DNA of 64,000 nt from Scyliorhinus canicula. Its lineage: Eukaryota. Numbering within the stretch: position 1 is the first letter of the stretch; each line of letters opens with the position of its first letter. The stretch covers positions 42,619,159-42,683,158 of the forward strand of contig NC_052158.1 in assembly GCF_902713615.1 (NCBI RefSeq), written 5' to 3'. The notes beneath the pieces are model-generated. The model was not told where the DNA came from, did not search any database, and saw only the letters and a list, made by a program, of their open reading frames with translations. This document shows positions 50,090 to 61,824 of this stretch, piece by piece. A program made the translations under genes and the position numbers.

Positions 50090-53000
50090 TGTCATAATAT
50101 CCACTCATGTATATAATCATGACAGACGGGATGACCAGTAAGCACACAACACAGTGCAGCCAATCACCAGACAGGACACTACCACTATAAAGCCAGAGGG
50201 CACTAGGTTTCCCGCTCTCTCGGGATCCAACTACTGAGAGTCCACGAGCTAGCAAGTGCAAACACCATGCGGTAGCTAGTAAGTCTGGTCAGGCTACTAC
50301 AAGGTCTCCAGCCAGTTCAGTTTAGTGTCGACCCATATACTGAATATGTATATCAGTTCTATCGTTGAATAAAACAGTATTGGATCTTCTCCAGTGTTAG
50401 ACATCTGTTTCTAGCTTCCCTGCATCGAATGCAGTCCACATCAAACCAACCTGCCTGTCACATCATGGTACCAGAGTGCTACTGATCTTGACGGACCTAC
50501 CTCGAGTGAATCAGCATTGACCAGCAAACAGCCATCCGGTGAAATGGAAAACATCCAGCCTCTTCCGCAGCTCCGCACCTCTGGCAACCTCGCCGCCAAT
50601 TGGAAAATCTTCAAGCAAAAGTTCCTCTTGTACATCGAGGCCTCCCACCTCGAAGCAGCATCGGATCCCAGGAAGATCGCGCTATTTATCTCCACCGCGG
50701 GGGACCACACCATCCACATCTACAACTCCCTTACGTTCGCTGACGGCGAAGACAAAACAAAATTCAAAACAGTCCTGCTGAAGTTCGACAGCCACTGCGA
50801 CATTGAGGTGAATGAGAGCTTTGAATGGTACGTTTTCCAGCAGAGGCTTCAGGGTAAGGATGAACCTTTTCAGTCCTTCTTGACCCATCTCCGCATCCTA
50901 GCGCAGTCATGTAACTATGACTCGACGGCTGATTCCATGATCCAGGATCAGATCGTTTTTGGAGTCCACTCCGACTCCCTTCGGCAGCAGCTCCTGAAAG
51001 TCAAACAGTTGACCCTCCCTGTCGCTTTCGAGACGTGCATTGCCCATGAGCATGCTAAGAATCGTTACTCCCACGTCAGGGTGGCAGAGATTGCAAAGCT
51101 GGCCTCCCATGAGGCGGAATGGGTGCAGGCCAGCGCCCATATGCAGGGCCTGAGCATCAAGGAGAGTGGCCGTTTTGCACGCTTTTCCCGGGTCGCTGCG
51201 TATGCGCGCCACGACCGAGTGGACGACGAGACCGAATGGATGACGTACGTCGACCGACCGCACTGCGCATGCGCGATGGCGCACGGAACACGCTGACGCC
51301 GGCGTCATGACATGTCTGAATTGTGGCTCCGCCCACTTAAAGCGGCAATGTCCGGCAATAGGACGCTGGTGTCTCCAGTGTGGCAAGATTGGCCAATACG
51401 CAGCCCTTTGGAGATCTGCTCCACCGCTCAGCAGCCAGCGATCCCAGCTGCGGCGCAGAAGTGTCCGCTCAATACAAGACATGCCAGATTCCGATCCCAA
51501 CAGCCCAACTGACCCTGATACTGAGTGCCTCAAGTTTCCATATCGGGTGGGCATCATAACTACACATGCGCTGCCTTCCACCACAACGGCGCAACGCCTC
51601 TCGATCCTCAGTGTGGATCCCGACGACGAGTGGTGTGCTGTCCTCAAAGTTAACAAGGCTCGCATCTGATTTAAACTAGACACCGGCACATAGGCGAACC
51701 TCATCTCAAAATCCGACCTCAACACCATCCGCGCTAGACCAAGCATTCTTCCAACGGCCTGCCAGCTCCTTGACTACAATGGCAATGCCATAGCTGCCAG
51801 TGGCTCGTGTCAACTAGGGGTATCCAACAAGGCGATCAAGGCAACATTGCGGTTTGAAATCTGTCGGGCCTGACAGAGCGTCCCTGCTCGGTGCTCGAGC
51901 CTGCAAGCTCCTGAACCTGGTTCAGCGAGTCCACACCATGTCATCATCACCGGCGACGGCCTCGCCTGATGGAAACTTGCAAGCAGACATAGATGACATT
52001 ATCACGCGGTGCCACAGCGTATTCGATGGGATGGACACACTCCCATACCAATATAAAATCCTGCTCAAGCCGAACTCCACCCCTGTAATTCATGCACCAG
52101 GCCGGGTGCTGGCACCCCTCAAGGATCGTCTGAAGAAGCAATTACAGGACCTCCAAGACCAGGGCATCATATCGAAGGTCACAGAGCCAACAGACTGGGT
52201 CAGCTCCATGGTCTGTGTAAAGAAACCGTCAGGGGTGCTTCGCATTTGCATTGACCCTCAGGATCTAAACCGCAACATCATGCGGGAGCATTATCCGATA
52301 CCAAAACGAGAAGAGTAGACTAGTGACATGGCTCATGCCAAATTCTTTACTAAGCTGGACGCCTCCAAGGGTTTTTGGCAAATACCGCTGGATGCGTCCA
52401 GTCGCAAGCTGTGCACGTTCAACACCCCATTCGGTCGCTACTGCTACAACCGGATGCCTTTTGGTATCATATCTGCCTGCAAAGTATTTCACCGCATCAT
52501 GGAGCAGATGATGGAGGGCATCGAAGGGGTGCAAGTATACGTAGATGACACAATTAGCTGGTCCACAACGCCCCAGGAATACATCGCTCACCTCAAAAAG
52601 GTATTCCAGAGATTTAATGAATATGGTCTCCAGCTCAACAGGGCCAAGTGCTCATTTGGTCAATCAGATATCAAGTTTCTAGGTGACCACATCTCGCAGC
52701 AGGGCGTGCGCCCAGACGCTGACAAGGTCTCGGAGATCAACGCCATGAAGACCCCGGAGGGCAGCACGGTAGCATTGTGGATAGCACAATCGCTTCACAG
52801 CTCCAGGGTCCCAGGTTCGATTCCCGGCTGGGTCACTGTCTGTGTGGAGTCTGCACATCCTCCCCGTGTGTGCGTGGGTTTCCTCCGGGTACTCTGGTTT
52901 CCTCCCACAATCCAAAGATGTGCAAGTTAGGTAGATTGGACATGATAAATTGCCCTTAAGTGTCCAAAATTGCCCTTAGTGTTGGGTGGGGTTACTGGGT

Positions 53001-53485
53001 TATGGGGATAGGGTGGAGGTGTTAACCTTGGGTAGGGTGCTCTTTCCAGGAGCCGGTGCAGACTCAATGGGCTGAATGGCCTCCTTCTGCACTGCAAATT
53101 CTATGATCTATGACAAGAAGGCGGTCCTCCGCTTCCTCGGGATGGTCAACCTCCTCAGGAAATTCATTCCCAATATGGCATCCCACACCACGGCCCTCCG
53201 CCATCTTGTCAAGAAGTCGACGGAATTCCAGTGGCTGCCCACGCATGAAGAAGAATGCCGTGAGCTAAAGGCAAAGCTCAACACAGCCCCAGTTCTAGCA
53301 TTCTTCGACCCAACCAAGGAAACCAAGATATCAACTGATGCAAGCCAGGACGGCATTGGGGCGGTGCTCCTCCAGCGAGATGACTCCTCTTCCTGGGCTC
53401 CAGGGGCGTATGCCTCCAGGGCCTTGACGCCCACTGAGCAACGGTATGCTCAGATTGAGGAGGAGTGTCTAGCCATTTGACCAAT
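50090..53485 (+). mobile_element. Gypsy LTR retrotransposon A (5' LTR, gag, PR, RT, RNase H); no integrase or 3' LTR; decayed
   Basis: LTR 50090-50465 (TG..CA, TATAAA 50186, AATAAA 50368). PBS TGGTACCAGAG (Met-like). Gag NLAANWKIFKQKF with Cys/His knuckles, FKLDTG, LDASKGFWQI, YVDD, TDASQDGIGAVLLQ, YASRALTPTEQRYAQIE. Confidence 0.93.
52760..53111 (+). mobile_element. HE1/V-SINE-type SINE inserted into the Gypsy A pol gene
   Basis: Head ggcagcacggtagcattgtgg, V-domain, tail ctatgatctatg. The flanks rejoin as MKTPE-DKKAVLRFLGM. Confidence 0.93.
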
Positions 53486-53489
53486 TATA

Positions 53490-54360
53490 CCATTTCTGCC
53501 TGTTTGAAAGAGCTGTCCAGTTAGTCCCAATCTCCTTCTCTTTCCCCAGAGTTCTGCATTATTTCCCCTTCAACTATCTGTCCGATGGTCTTGATGGTTT
53601 GATCTACTGACTGCGCTCTTTCAGAACAACTTGTGTTCAAAAACACTTCTCCCGCCTCTCTGGTTCTTTTGTTAATTTTTCCAAATCTGTATCCTCTGAC
53701 TACCAAACCTGTTGCTATTGGAAACAGTTTCTATATATCTGGGGTCTGGGATGAAATCTTCCGGCTGTTCATGCCGGCGGGATCTTCCAGCCCCACCAAT
53801 GGCACACCCTCGCTGCGGGTTTCCCGGCGGCATAGGGTGGGTTCAATGGGAAATCCTATTGACGTCCCCCTGCCGGCCAATGATGGGCCGTCTCTCGCCA
53901 CCAAGAAACATGTCACAGGAGGCCAGAGGATCGCCTGGTCTATCATCGTTCTCAGCTTCTCTTAACTTTTCCTGTTCTGAGACTGAGGAAAACAACCAGT
54001 TTCTCCACTTCACACGGTACCTTTTCCAAGCCACTGAATAGGAACATCGAACCTAGGAGGAGTGGCCATTCAGCCATTTGAGCCTGCTCTGTCATTCAAT
54101 AAGATCATTGCTGATCAAGATGTGATCTCAACTCCACTTTTCTATTTGACCCCTTCACCCCCTGCTCCCCAGTCTCTGCAAATTCAGCCTAACTCTGCCT
54201 TTATTATATTTAGTGACTGAGCCTCCACTGCTTTATGGAGAAGTTCACATCCTAGAAACCCTTTGAGAAAAACAAAATTCCTTATCGCTGTCTTAAACAG
54301 TCGACCTATTGTTTTGATATTCTCTCCACAGGTTCTGGTGTCTCCCACCAGAGGAAACAT
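53490..54360 (-). mobile_element. Old CR1 3' fragments, probably interrupted by a small GC-rich MITE-like piece (about 53748-53936)
   Basis: Minus strand resembles CR1 C-terminus and 3' UTR (ttcagccatttgagcctgct..aagatcattgctgatc on +). Heavily decayed; boundaries approximate. Confidence 0.55.
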
Positions 54361-54660
54361 CCTCGGCATGGTGGCACTGCTGCCTCACAGCGCCATGGAC
54401 CCGGGTTCAATGCCGGCCTGGGTCACTGTCTGTGTGGAGTCTGCATGTTCTCCCCACATCTGTGTGGGTTTCCTCCGGGTTCTCTGGTCCTCCCACAGAC
54501 TTGCAAAGATTTGCAGGTTAGGTGGATTGGCCATGATAAATTGCCCCTTAGTGCCCAAGGGTTAGCTGTAGTTATGGGGATGGGGAGGGAGGGTTATGGT
54601 GCTCTTTCAGAGAGTCGGTGCAGACTCGATGGACCAAATGGCCTCCTTCTGCACTGTAGG
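54361..54660 (+). mobile_element. HE1/V-SINE-type SINE
   Basis: gcactgctgcctcacagcgcc..ccgggttcaatgcc, V-domain, 3' ggtgcagactcgatggaccaaatggcctccttctgcactgtagg. Confidence 0.88.
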
Positions 54661-54663
54661 GAG

Positions 54664-55416
54664 TGTTGGAAGCCAGGTTTAGAGAGACGGTTTTTAGACA
54701 AAAGGGACCCATTGACTTAGATGCCTGTATAAGAGGCAGTTTGTGGGAATAGATAGTGTATAAACAATGTGTGTTCTTTGGTAACCTAAGAATTATTAAT
54801 ATCAGAAAGGACAGTCATACAATTAAAAAGAAGTTACACAAAATGGCTGTTAGCTGAGTTATCAAAGACTCAAAATGGCTTTCAGCTGAATTAGCCGCCT
54901 TCCTGAACAGCCATTAGCTGGGTTAAGTTGCAAACTGGTATAAATAACATAATTTAATTACAGACAGCAGCGATAATCAGGGAGACAATAATGATTGAAA
55001 CATACATGAGAGGCCAAGGAGGCATCACAGAGGAGTGATAAACAATGTCCACAAAAAACGGACCATTGTTCATCCTCGCCAAATCAAGGTCACAGTGCAC
55101 GCAAGAGAGATAACTTTTAACAGTTAGCATGAGCGACTTCTTCATGAAGTCAGGGGCTTGTAAGGGGCCAACCCACTTTATGCAATGTCAAATTTAATTG
55201 GATATATAACTAATGTATGCAATCTATAACCAAGATGATTGGACCGTGTAGCTGTTTTGAAAATTGTATAAGAATGGATGTTTTCCTTTGTTCGGTGGAG
55301 AGACGGTCTGGGAATTTAATAGACACCGTCTCCCCGTCAGCAAAATAAACCGTTTGATGAGAGGACCAGCAGCCCTGGGCATTGAGTGATTTCTTTGAAA
55401 TCCTCTCCCGCTAACA
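54664..55416 (+). mobile_element. Probable solo LTR (about 750 bp)
   Basis: TG..CA ends (tgttggaag..cgctaaca), TATAAG at 55267, hairpin ggagagacggt/accgtctcc, AATAAA at 55344. Flanks ggag and ggcg match 3/4. No internal domain to confirm. Confidence 0.55.
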
Positions 55417-55419
55417 GGC

Positions 55420-57170
55420 GTCTTCTATGAAACTCTTACAATATTGACCCTATCAAGTCCCCTGAGAATCCTAAATATTTGAATAAGATCACGTCTCGTT
55501 CTTCTAAACTCCAGTGGGCCCAACCTGTCCAACCTTTCTTCAGAGGATAAGCTCTTCATCCAGGAATGAGTCTAGTGAACTTCCTCTGAACTGCTTTGAA
55601 CACGATTATAAACTTTTTGAAACGGAGACCAAAACTTGTATCCCAGATGTGGTCTCACCAAGACCCTGTACATTTACAGTAAAGCATCCGAATTTTATAT
55701 TCCATCTCCATCACAATAAACAGCAACACTCCATTAGCCTTCCTAATCATTTGCTGTACCCACAGACTAACCTTTTGTGATTCCTGTACCAGGACACTCA
55801 GATCCTTCTGTACCACTGAGTTCTGCGATCTCTCTCCACTTCAACAGTGTGTCTGTTCCTGCCAAAGTGGGCAGTTCATATTTTCCCACATTATTCTACA
55901 TCTGCCAAATGTTTACCCACCCATTTAAACCATTTATATCAGTGTGCAGACTCTCAACTCCTCTTGAGAACTTGCTTTCTTACCTATCCTGGTGTCATTG
56001 ACAAAATTTAGCTTGCATACACATAGTCCCTTCACCCAAGTCATTGTTGTAGATTCTAAATAGTTGCAACGCAGCACTGATCCCCATAGCACTCCACTGG
56101 TTACAGCTGGTCAAACCTGGAAATTACCCATTTATCCCTACATGCTGTTGCCTCTATCCATACTACAGTAGTCCCCCGTTATAACGCGGGTGTTGGGGTC
56201 CAAGACAGCCACCCGCGTTGCATCCGAGCCGCGGATATCCACGATGGGGGTTTTAAATTTATTTAAAAATCTATGCATGCGTTTCCCATTGTGAGTCTAC
56301 GGGGGGGCGGGGGGAGTGGTCAGACCCCCGTAGACTCACAATGGGAAGCGCATGCATAGATTTTAAAATAAATTTAAAACCCCCATCGTAGATCTAATTA
56401 AAACAAGCACTGCTGCATTTTTAACTACTTAAATTGCACCAATAACCAACACTGTATTAATAACACTTTTTGCAACAAGGTTACATTGGATAAAGTTTGA
56501 AGGTTCTCGAGGTTTGAAGGCTGGGAGTTATTCCAGAGGGAAACCCACAGAGAGATGTTTCAGCAAATTGACTCGAACAGGAAACATCTACTCATTACCA
56601 AAGAGATTATTCTTACCAGGAACTCTGGTGGGTTTCACCAAGCTGCTCTCTCACTGAAACAATCAGCCGGCCGCTGAAGTTGACACTGCCCGCTGCTCTC
56701 TCCCTCCAATCAGCCGGCAGTGTCAACTTCAGCGGCCGGCTCACTTTGATCCGGAAAGGGAAGCTGACAGTTGGGGTCCATAAGCCTCCCCGCCGTATAT
56801 CGCCGTATTGCGGAGTGCGGTATAACGGGGGACTACTGTAATATGGTACCCTCCGCACAATGAGATCTTATTTTGTGTAGCAACATTTGATGTGACATTT
56901 ATCAAATGCCATTTGGTAATCCAAGTATTCAACATCTACAAGTTCCCCTTTATCAACCTTGCTTGTTAATTCCTCAAAAGAACTTTAACAACCAATTTCC
57001 CTTTCACAAAATCATGCTCACGGTGTCTGATCCCATTCTGAATGCCTAACTTTCCTGCTTTAACCTTAATAATAATGGATTCTAGCAATTTCTCTATGAT
57101 AGTTGCTAGGCTAAAGGGCTTTTAGATTTCCGCTTCTCCCTCCTTCCTTGAATAAAGGTGCTATTTTTCC
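55420..57170 (-). mobile_element. Old CR1 RT fragments, split by the Tc1/mariner-type MITE
   Basis: Decayed reverse complements of CR1 RT segments (cactgatccccatagcactccactgg; ttcccctttatcaaccttg..ccctttcacaaaatcatgc). Boundaries approximate. Confidence 0.6.
56166..56838. mobile_element. Tc1/mariner (Tigger/pogo-like) non-autonomous element, TA TSD
   Basis: TA-CAGTAGTCCCCCGTTATA at the left end and TATAACGGGGGACTACTG-TA at the right end. No ORF. Two internal hairpins. Confidence 0.88.
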
Positions 57171-57212
57171 TTTTCAGTGCGGATGAAAAAAAATGAAATC
57201 CAGGATCTTCCT

Positions 57213-60200
57213 GGAATCGTGAATACTCGTCAACAACATTGAGGAAATACACGGTCAGTGGAGGGGAAGGGCCCTTTGAAGTCGATACTGAGATGCTCAA
57301 GGGCAGGAGGCCTTTACCAGATGTGCTCTGTCTGGCCGATAGAAGTCCGGTTTGCACTCCGCGCAGACCTGGCAGTCCCTGGTCATGGCCCCGACCTCCT
57401 CGATGGAGTAAGGCAGGTTGTGAGCCTTGACGAAGTGGAAAAGCCGGGTGACCCCAGGGTGACAGAGGTCATTGTGGAGGGCCCGAAGTTGGTCTACTTG
57501 TGCGCTTACGAAATCCACGATGACCGTCCGGATCAAAGGGCACAAGACGGTATGCCTTTTCCACTCCGCTGGCACATGTACCGCGGGACAGGGCATCTGG
57601 GGCTCATTGAGCTTCCCAGGTCGGTACAAGATATCGTAGTTGTAGGTGGAGAGTTTGATCCTCCACCTCAGAATCTTGTCATTCTTAATCTTGCCCCGCT
57701 GTGTATTATTAAACATGAAGGCAACCGACCGTTGGTCAGTGAGGAGAGTAAATCGCATGCTGGCCAGGTAATGCCGCCAATGTCGTACAGCTTCCACAAT
57801 GGCTTGGGCTTCCTTTTTGATGGAGGAGTGCCGTATTTCGGAGGCATGGAGGGTACGGGAGAAGAAAGCCACGGGCCTGCCCGCCTGGTTGAGGGTAGCG
57901 GCCAGGGCAAAGTCCGATACATCGCTCTCCACCTGGAACGGAATGGACTCGTCCACAGTGTGTATCGCAGCTTTGGCAATATCTGCCTTGATGCAGTTGA
58001 AGGTCAGATGGGCTTCAGCCGTCAGAGGAAATATTATGGATTTAATGAGTGGGTGGGCCTTGTCCGCATAATTGGAGACCCATTGGGCATAGTAGGAGAA
58101 CAAACCCAGGCATCTCTTCAGGGCCTTGGGGCAGTGGGGGAGAGGAAGTTCCAGGAGGGGGTGCATGCGGGAGGGGGTGGGCCCGAGGATTCCCGTTTTC
58201 CACAACGTAGCCAAGGATGGCATGGCGGGTTGTGCGGATAAAGCATTTCTCCTTATTGTATGCGAGGTTAGGGAGCTTAGCAGTGTGGAGGAAATGCCGG
58301 AGGTTTGCGTCATGGTCCTGCTGGTCATAGCTGCAGATGGTAACATCATCTAGGTACGGGAACGTGGCCTGCAGCCCATACTGGTCAACCATTCGGTCCA
58401 TTTCTCTTTGGAAGACCGAGACCCCATTGGTGACACCAAAGGGTACCCTTAGGAAGTGGTAGAGGCGGCCATCTGCCTCAAAGGCAGTGTATTGGAGGTC
58501 CTACGGGTGGATGGGAAGCTGGTGGTACGCGGACTTCATGTCAACTGTGGAGAAGACTCGAGACTGCGCAATCTGATTAATCATGTCAGATACGCAGGGA
58601 AGGGGGTACGCATCGAGCTGCGTGTACCGGTTGATTGTCTGACTCTAGTCGATGACCATCCGGTGCTTCTCCCCAGTCTTGACGGCCAACACTTGGGCTC
58701 TCCAGGGGCTGGTACTAGCCTCAATGACCCCCTCTCGTATGAGTCACTGGACCTCCGACCTGATAAAGGCCTTGTCCTGGGCACTGTATTGTCTGCTCCT
58801 AGTGGTGACCGGCTTACATCCGGGGTGAGGTGAGCGAAGAGCGAGGGTGGGGCACCCTTAAGGGTCGCGAGGCTACAGAAGGTGGGGGGGGCAGGGGTCC
58901 ACCGAACTTTAAGGTAAGGCTTTGGAGGTGGCACTGAAAGTCGAGCCCCAGTAATAGGGCAGCACAGAGATGGGGGAGGACGTAGAGCTTAAAGTTAGTG
59001 TACTCTACGCCCTGTACTGAAAGGGTTGTGACACGGTACTCCCGGATTTTTACGGAATGTGATCCGGAAGCCAGGGAGATTCTCTGGGTCGCGGGCAAAA
59101 TTGGGAGGGAGCAGCACCTTACTGTATCTGGGTGGATAAAGCTGTCTGTGCTCCCGGAGTGGAAAAGGCATACCGTCTTGTGCCCTTTGATCCGGACGGT
59201 CATCGTGGATTTCGTAAGATGATGAGGTCAAGACTGGCTGAGTGTGATGGAGGCGAGCTTTGGAAGGTGGGGGGTGGGCCGGTCGGAGGTAGCGGTGGTC
59301 AGCGTACGACCGGGTGAGCAGGGGTACCGTGAGGCGGCGGTGGTTCCAAAATTGCGGCCCCCATGGGTTGTGTGTGGCGGGTGGGATACACATGGCAGCG
59401 AAGATGGCGGCGCCCACGGGTCGCACATGGCAAGTGGCACGGCAGATTGGGGCATTCCGTGCAGGACAGCACTGTCTGGGGTGCTTACCCTGGCTGCAAA
59501 AGTAGCCTTTCGGGCTGCCGGAGTTGGTGGGCTGCTGTGCAGCACAGGCTTGCGCCACACAAGTCAGGTGATGGCGGCGCCCACGAGGTCTCCGAGGGTG
59601 CCGCGTGATCGGGGATGTAGTCCTCCATGTTCTGGAAAGCCACTTCCAGCGAGTTCGAGAGCTGCACTGTCTCTGGGAGGCCGAGTGTACCCCCTTCTAG
59701 CAAGCGCTGGCGGATGTAATTGGATTTCATACCCGTGACGTAGGCGTCCCTGATCAGCAGCTCCGTGTGTTGGGAAGCCGATACTGCCTGGCAAACACAG
59801 TTCCGGCCAAGTACCCGCAAGGCACGCAGGGATTCAGCTTGTGATTCTCCGGAGCGTTGTTGCCTCGTGGCAAGGAGGTGCCTGGCGTACACCTCGTTTA
59901 CTGCCTTTACCTAATGTCCCTTCAGCAGCATTTATTGCCTCCGTATACGAGGGGGTGTCTCTGATAAGAAGGAAAACTTGCGTTGCGCATTTGCTGCTTT
60001 TGCAGGTAAGTGACGTCTTCGGTGGAGGATCCGAGGTAAGCTTTGAAGCAGCTTAGCCAGTGCTCGAATGTCACAGTGGCGTCGGCTGCTTGTGGGTCCA
60101 GCTCCAGGTGATCAGGCTTGAGTGATGAATTCATCTTAAAAGTTTAGCTTATTAAATTGGTGAGCCATCAGTTAACACAAGACGAGTAGTGAACGAAACT

Positions 60201-60398
60201 GTGGCTTTCATAAGCTAAACAGGAAGCCTCCTGGCCACTGATCCCGAACTAGGGCAGGGCCGGAGGTCAGCCACCTTTATACTGAGCCCGAGGGGAGGAG
60301 CCACAGGCTGAGCCATCAGGCAGTGGTTTACCACAATACATGTAGTACAGTAACAGTTCACCACAATACATATAATACACTAACAGTGGTTTACCACA
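57213..60398 (-). mobile_element. Gypsy LTR retrotransposon B (5' LTR, gag, PR, RT, RNase H, integrase N-terminus); truncated and decayed
   Basis: LTR 60398-60158 (TG..CA, TATAAA 60281). Gag MNSSLKPDHLELDPQ at 60134. PR LFHSGS (D to H), YLDD, LLTDQRSV, PDALSR, HNDLCHPG..CQVC, SIDFKGP, VVDEYSRF. No 3' LTR. Confidence 0.93.
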
Positions 60399-60740
60399 GG
60401 GTGGGAAAATTCCACCTATATTTTCTGCATATCTCAAGGCTGGAAAAGTTCTACACTGACCAGAGATTCACCGCTGAAGATTACACAATGAACCACATTT
60501 TCTCATTCTGTGTAGACCAATTAATTACAGAGGTTGACATTCTTTTGATCAACTCTAGATTAAGTTTACAATTAATGCCCCAATTCACTTGCTAAACAGT
60601 CAGTCAGACCAATTACATTTTAGTACCCAGGATTCTATCTACTTTTCGGTGAAAATGTAAATGGGGGCCTTTCAAGGACAGGAAACTCGGTTGGGTATAA
60701 ACAGTGCTGAAATCAGCTCTATTCTTGAATCCATACTAAC

Positions 60741-61022
60741 CCCAGAATACAGTTGTTGGCTCCTCCAGACCCTCATGCTCCACATGGCAGGAGTACATGT
60801 CTCCTGGACTCGGGGTGAATTTCAGATATGTGAATCTCTGGTAGGAATAATCCAGTTTTGTATAGTACTCTGTGATGTTGACTCCATCAGTCAGATCCTC
60901 ATTGTTCTTCTTCCACTTCATAATGATTCGCGGAGGGTAGAATCCATCAGCCAGACAGATCAACGTGTTGGACTGTCCCCATTCTACAGAGTCTTCAGGG
61001 TACATGGCAATCTGAGGGGCAA
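60741..61022 (-). CDS. mhc2a: MHC class II alpha chain, exon 3 (alpha-2 Ig C1 domain)
   Basis: 282-bp phase-1 exon: (V)APQIAMYPEDSVEWGQSNTLICLADGFYPPRIIMKWKKN..YSCHVEHEGLEEPTTVFW. Acceptor ctcctgcccacAG, donor GTTAGT, conserved Cys pair and Trp. Splices in frame to 49979. Exons 1-2 were not found in this window. Confidence 0.97.
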
Positions 61023-61157
61023 CTGTGGGCAGGAGACAGAATAAATACATTTAACTGATATGATGTAACAGGATAAACAAAATAGGTAGAGCGTACAGTG
61101 TGGAAAATATACGAGTGACTATAATCAATTCTGAATCATTAAGAAACTTTCAGCTGC

Positions 61158-61367
61158 CTAGTGGTTAGCCCTGCTGCCTCACGGCGCTGAGGTCCCAGGT
61201 TCGATCCAGGCTCTGGGTCACTGTCCGTGTGGAGTTTGCACATTCTCCCCGTGTCTGCGTGGGTTTCACCCCCACAACCCAAAAAATGTGCAGAGTAGGT
61301 GGATTGGCCACGCTAAATTGCCACTTAATTGGACAAAATAATTGGGTACTCTAAATTTAAAAAAAAA
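61158..61367 (+). mobile_element. Short V-SINE subfamily copy (A-rich tail)
   Basis: agtggttagccctgctgcctcacggcgctgaggtcccaggttcgatcc, shortened V-domain, tail gggtactctaaatttaaaaaaaaa. Confidence 0.88.
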
Positions 61368-61595
61368 GAAACTTTCAGCTCAGATTAGAAATTAGACTAG
61401 TTCAACATGCCATGGGCAAGTTAACTAAAGAAAGTTTACATTGATATAGCCCTTTATCTCATCCTCAGTACAGCATCAAATTCTTTACATACACTGATTT
61501 CCATCTGCTGTGTAAACAGCCACATTCCGCAAATACTCAGCGAGATGAAAATCAAGTTTACTTGTATCCACGGCAGGGTAATAACCTCGACTAAG

Positions 61596-61824
61596 TTTTA
61601 AAAAAATAAATTTAGAGTACCCAATTAATTTTTTCCAATTAAGGCGCAATTTTAGCGTGGCCAATCCATCTAGACTGCACATCTTTGGGTTGTGGGGGCG
61701 AAACCCACGCAAACAGGTGGAGAATGTACAAACTCCACACGGACTGTGACCCAGAGCCGGGATCGAACCCGGGTCCTCAGCGCCGTAAGATAGCAGTGCT
61801 AACCACTGCATCACCATGCTGCCC
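61596..61824 (-). mobile_element. Short V-SINE subfamily copy (A-rich tail), inverted relative to 61158-61367
   Basis: Minus strand gggcagcatggtgatgcagtggttagcactgct..ccgggttcgatccc..gggtactctaaattt. Confidence 0.88.

Noticed and set aside
52760-52810. tRNA genes at SINE heads (also near 35850, 54370, 61165 and 61770)
   Set aside because: They have only A/B-box-like similarity, are followed by the V-SINE core, and do not form a full cloverleaf.
61430-61560. Possible decayed alpha-1 exon (minus strand QQ..KEFD..EDEI)
   Set aside because: It needs two frameshifts, hits stops, and has no splice sites or downstream alpha-1 motifs. The similarity is at chance level by eye; tblastn with a shark alpha-1 domain would settle it.
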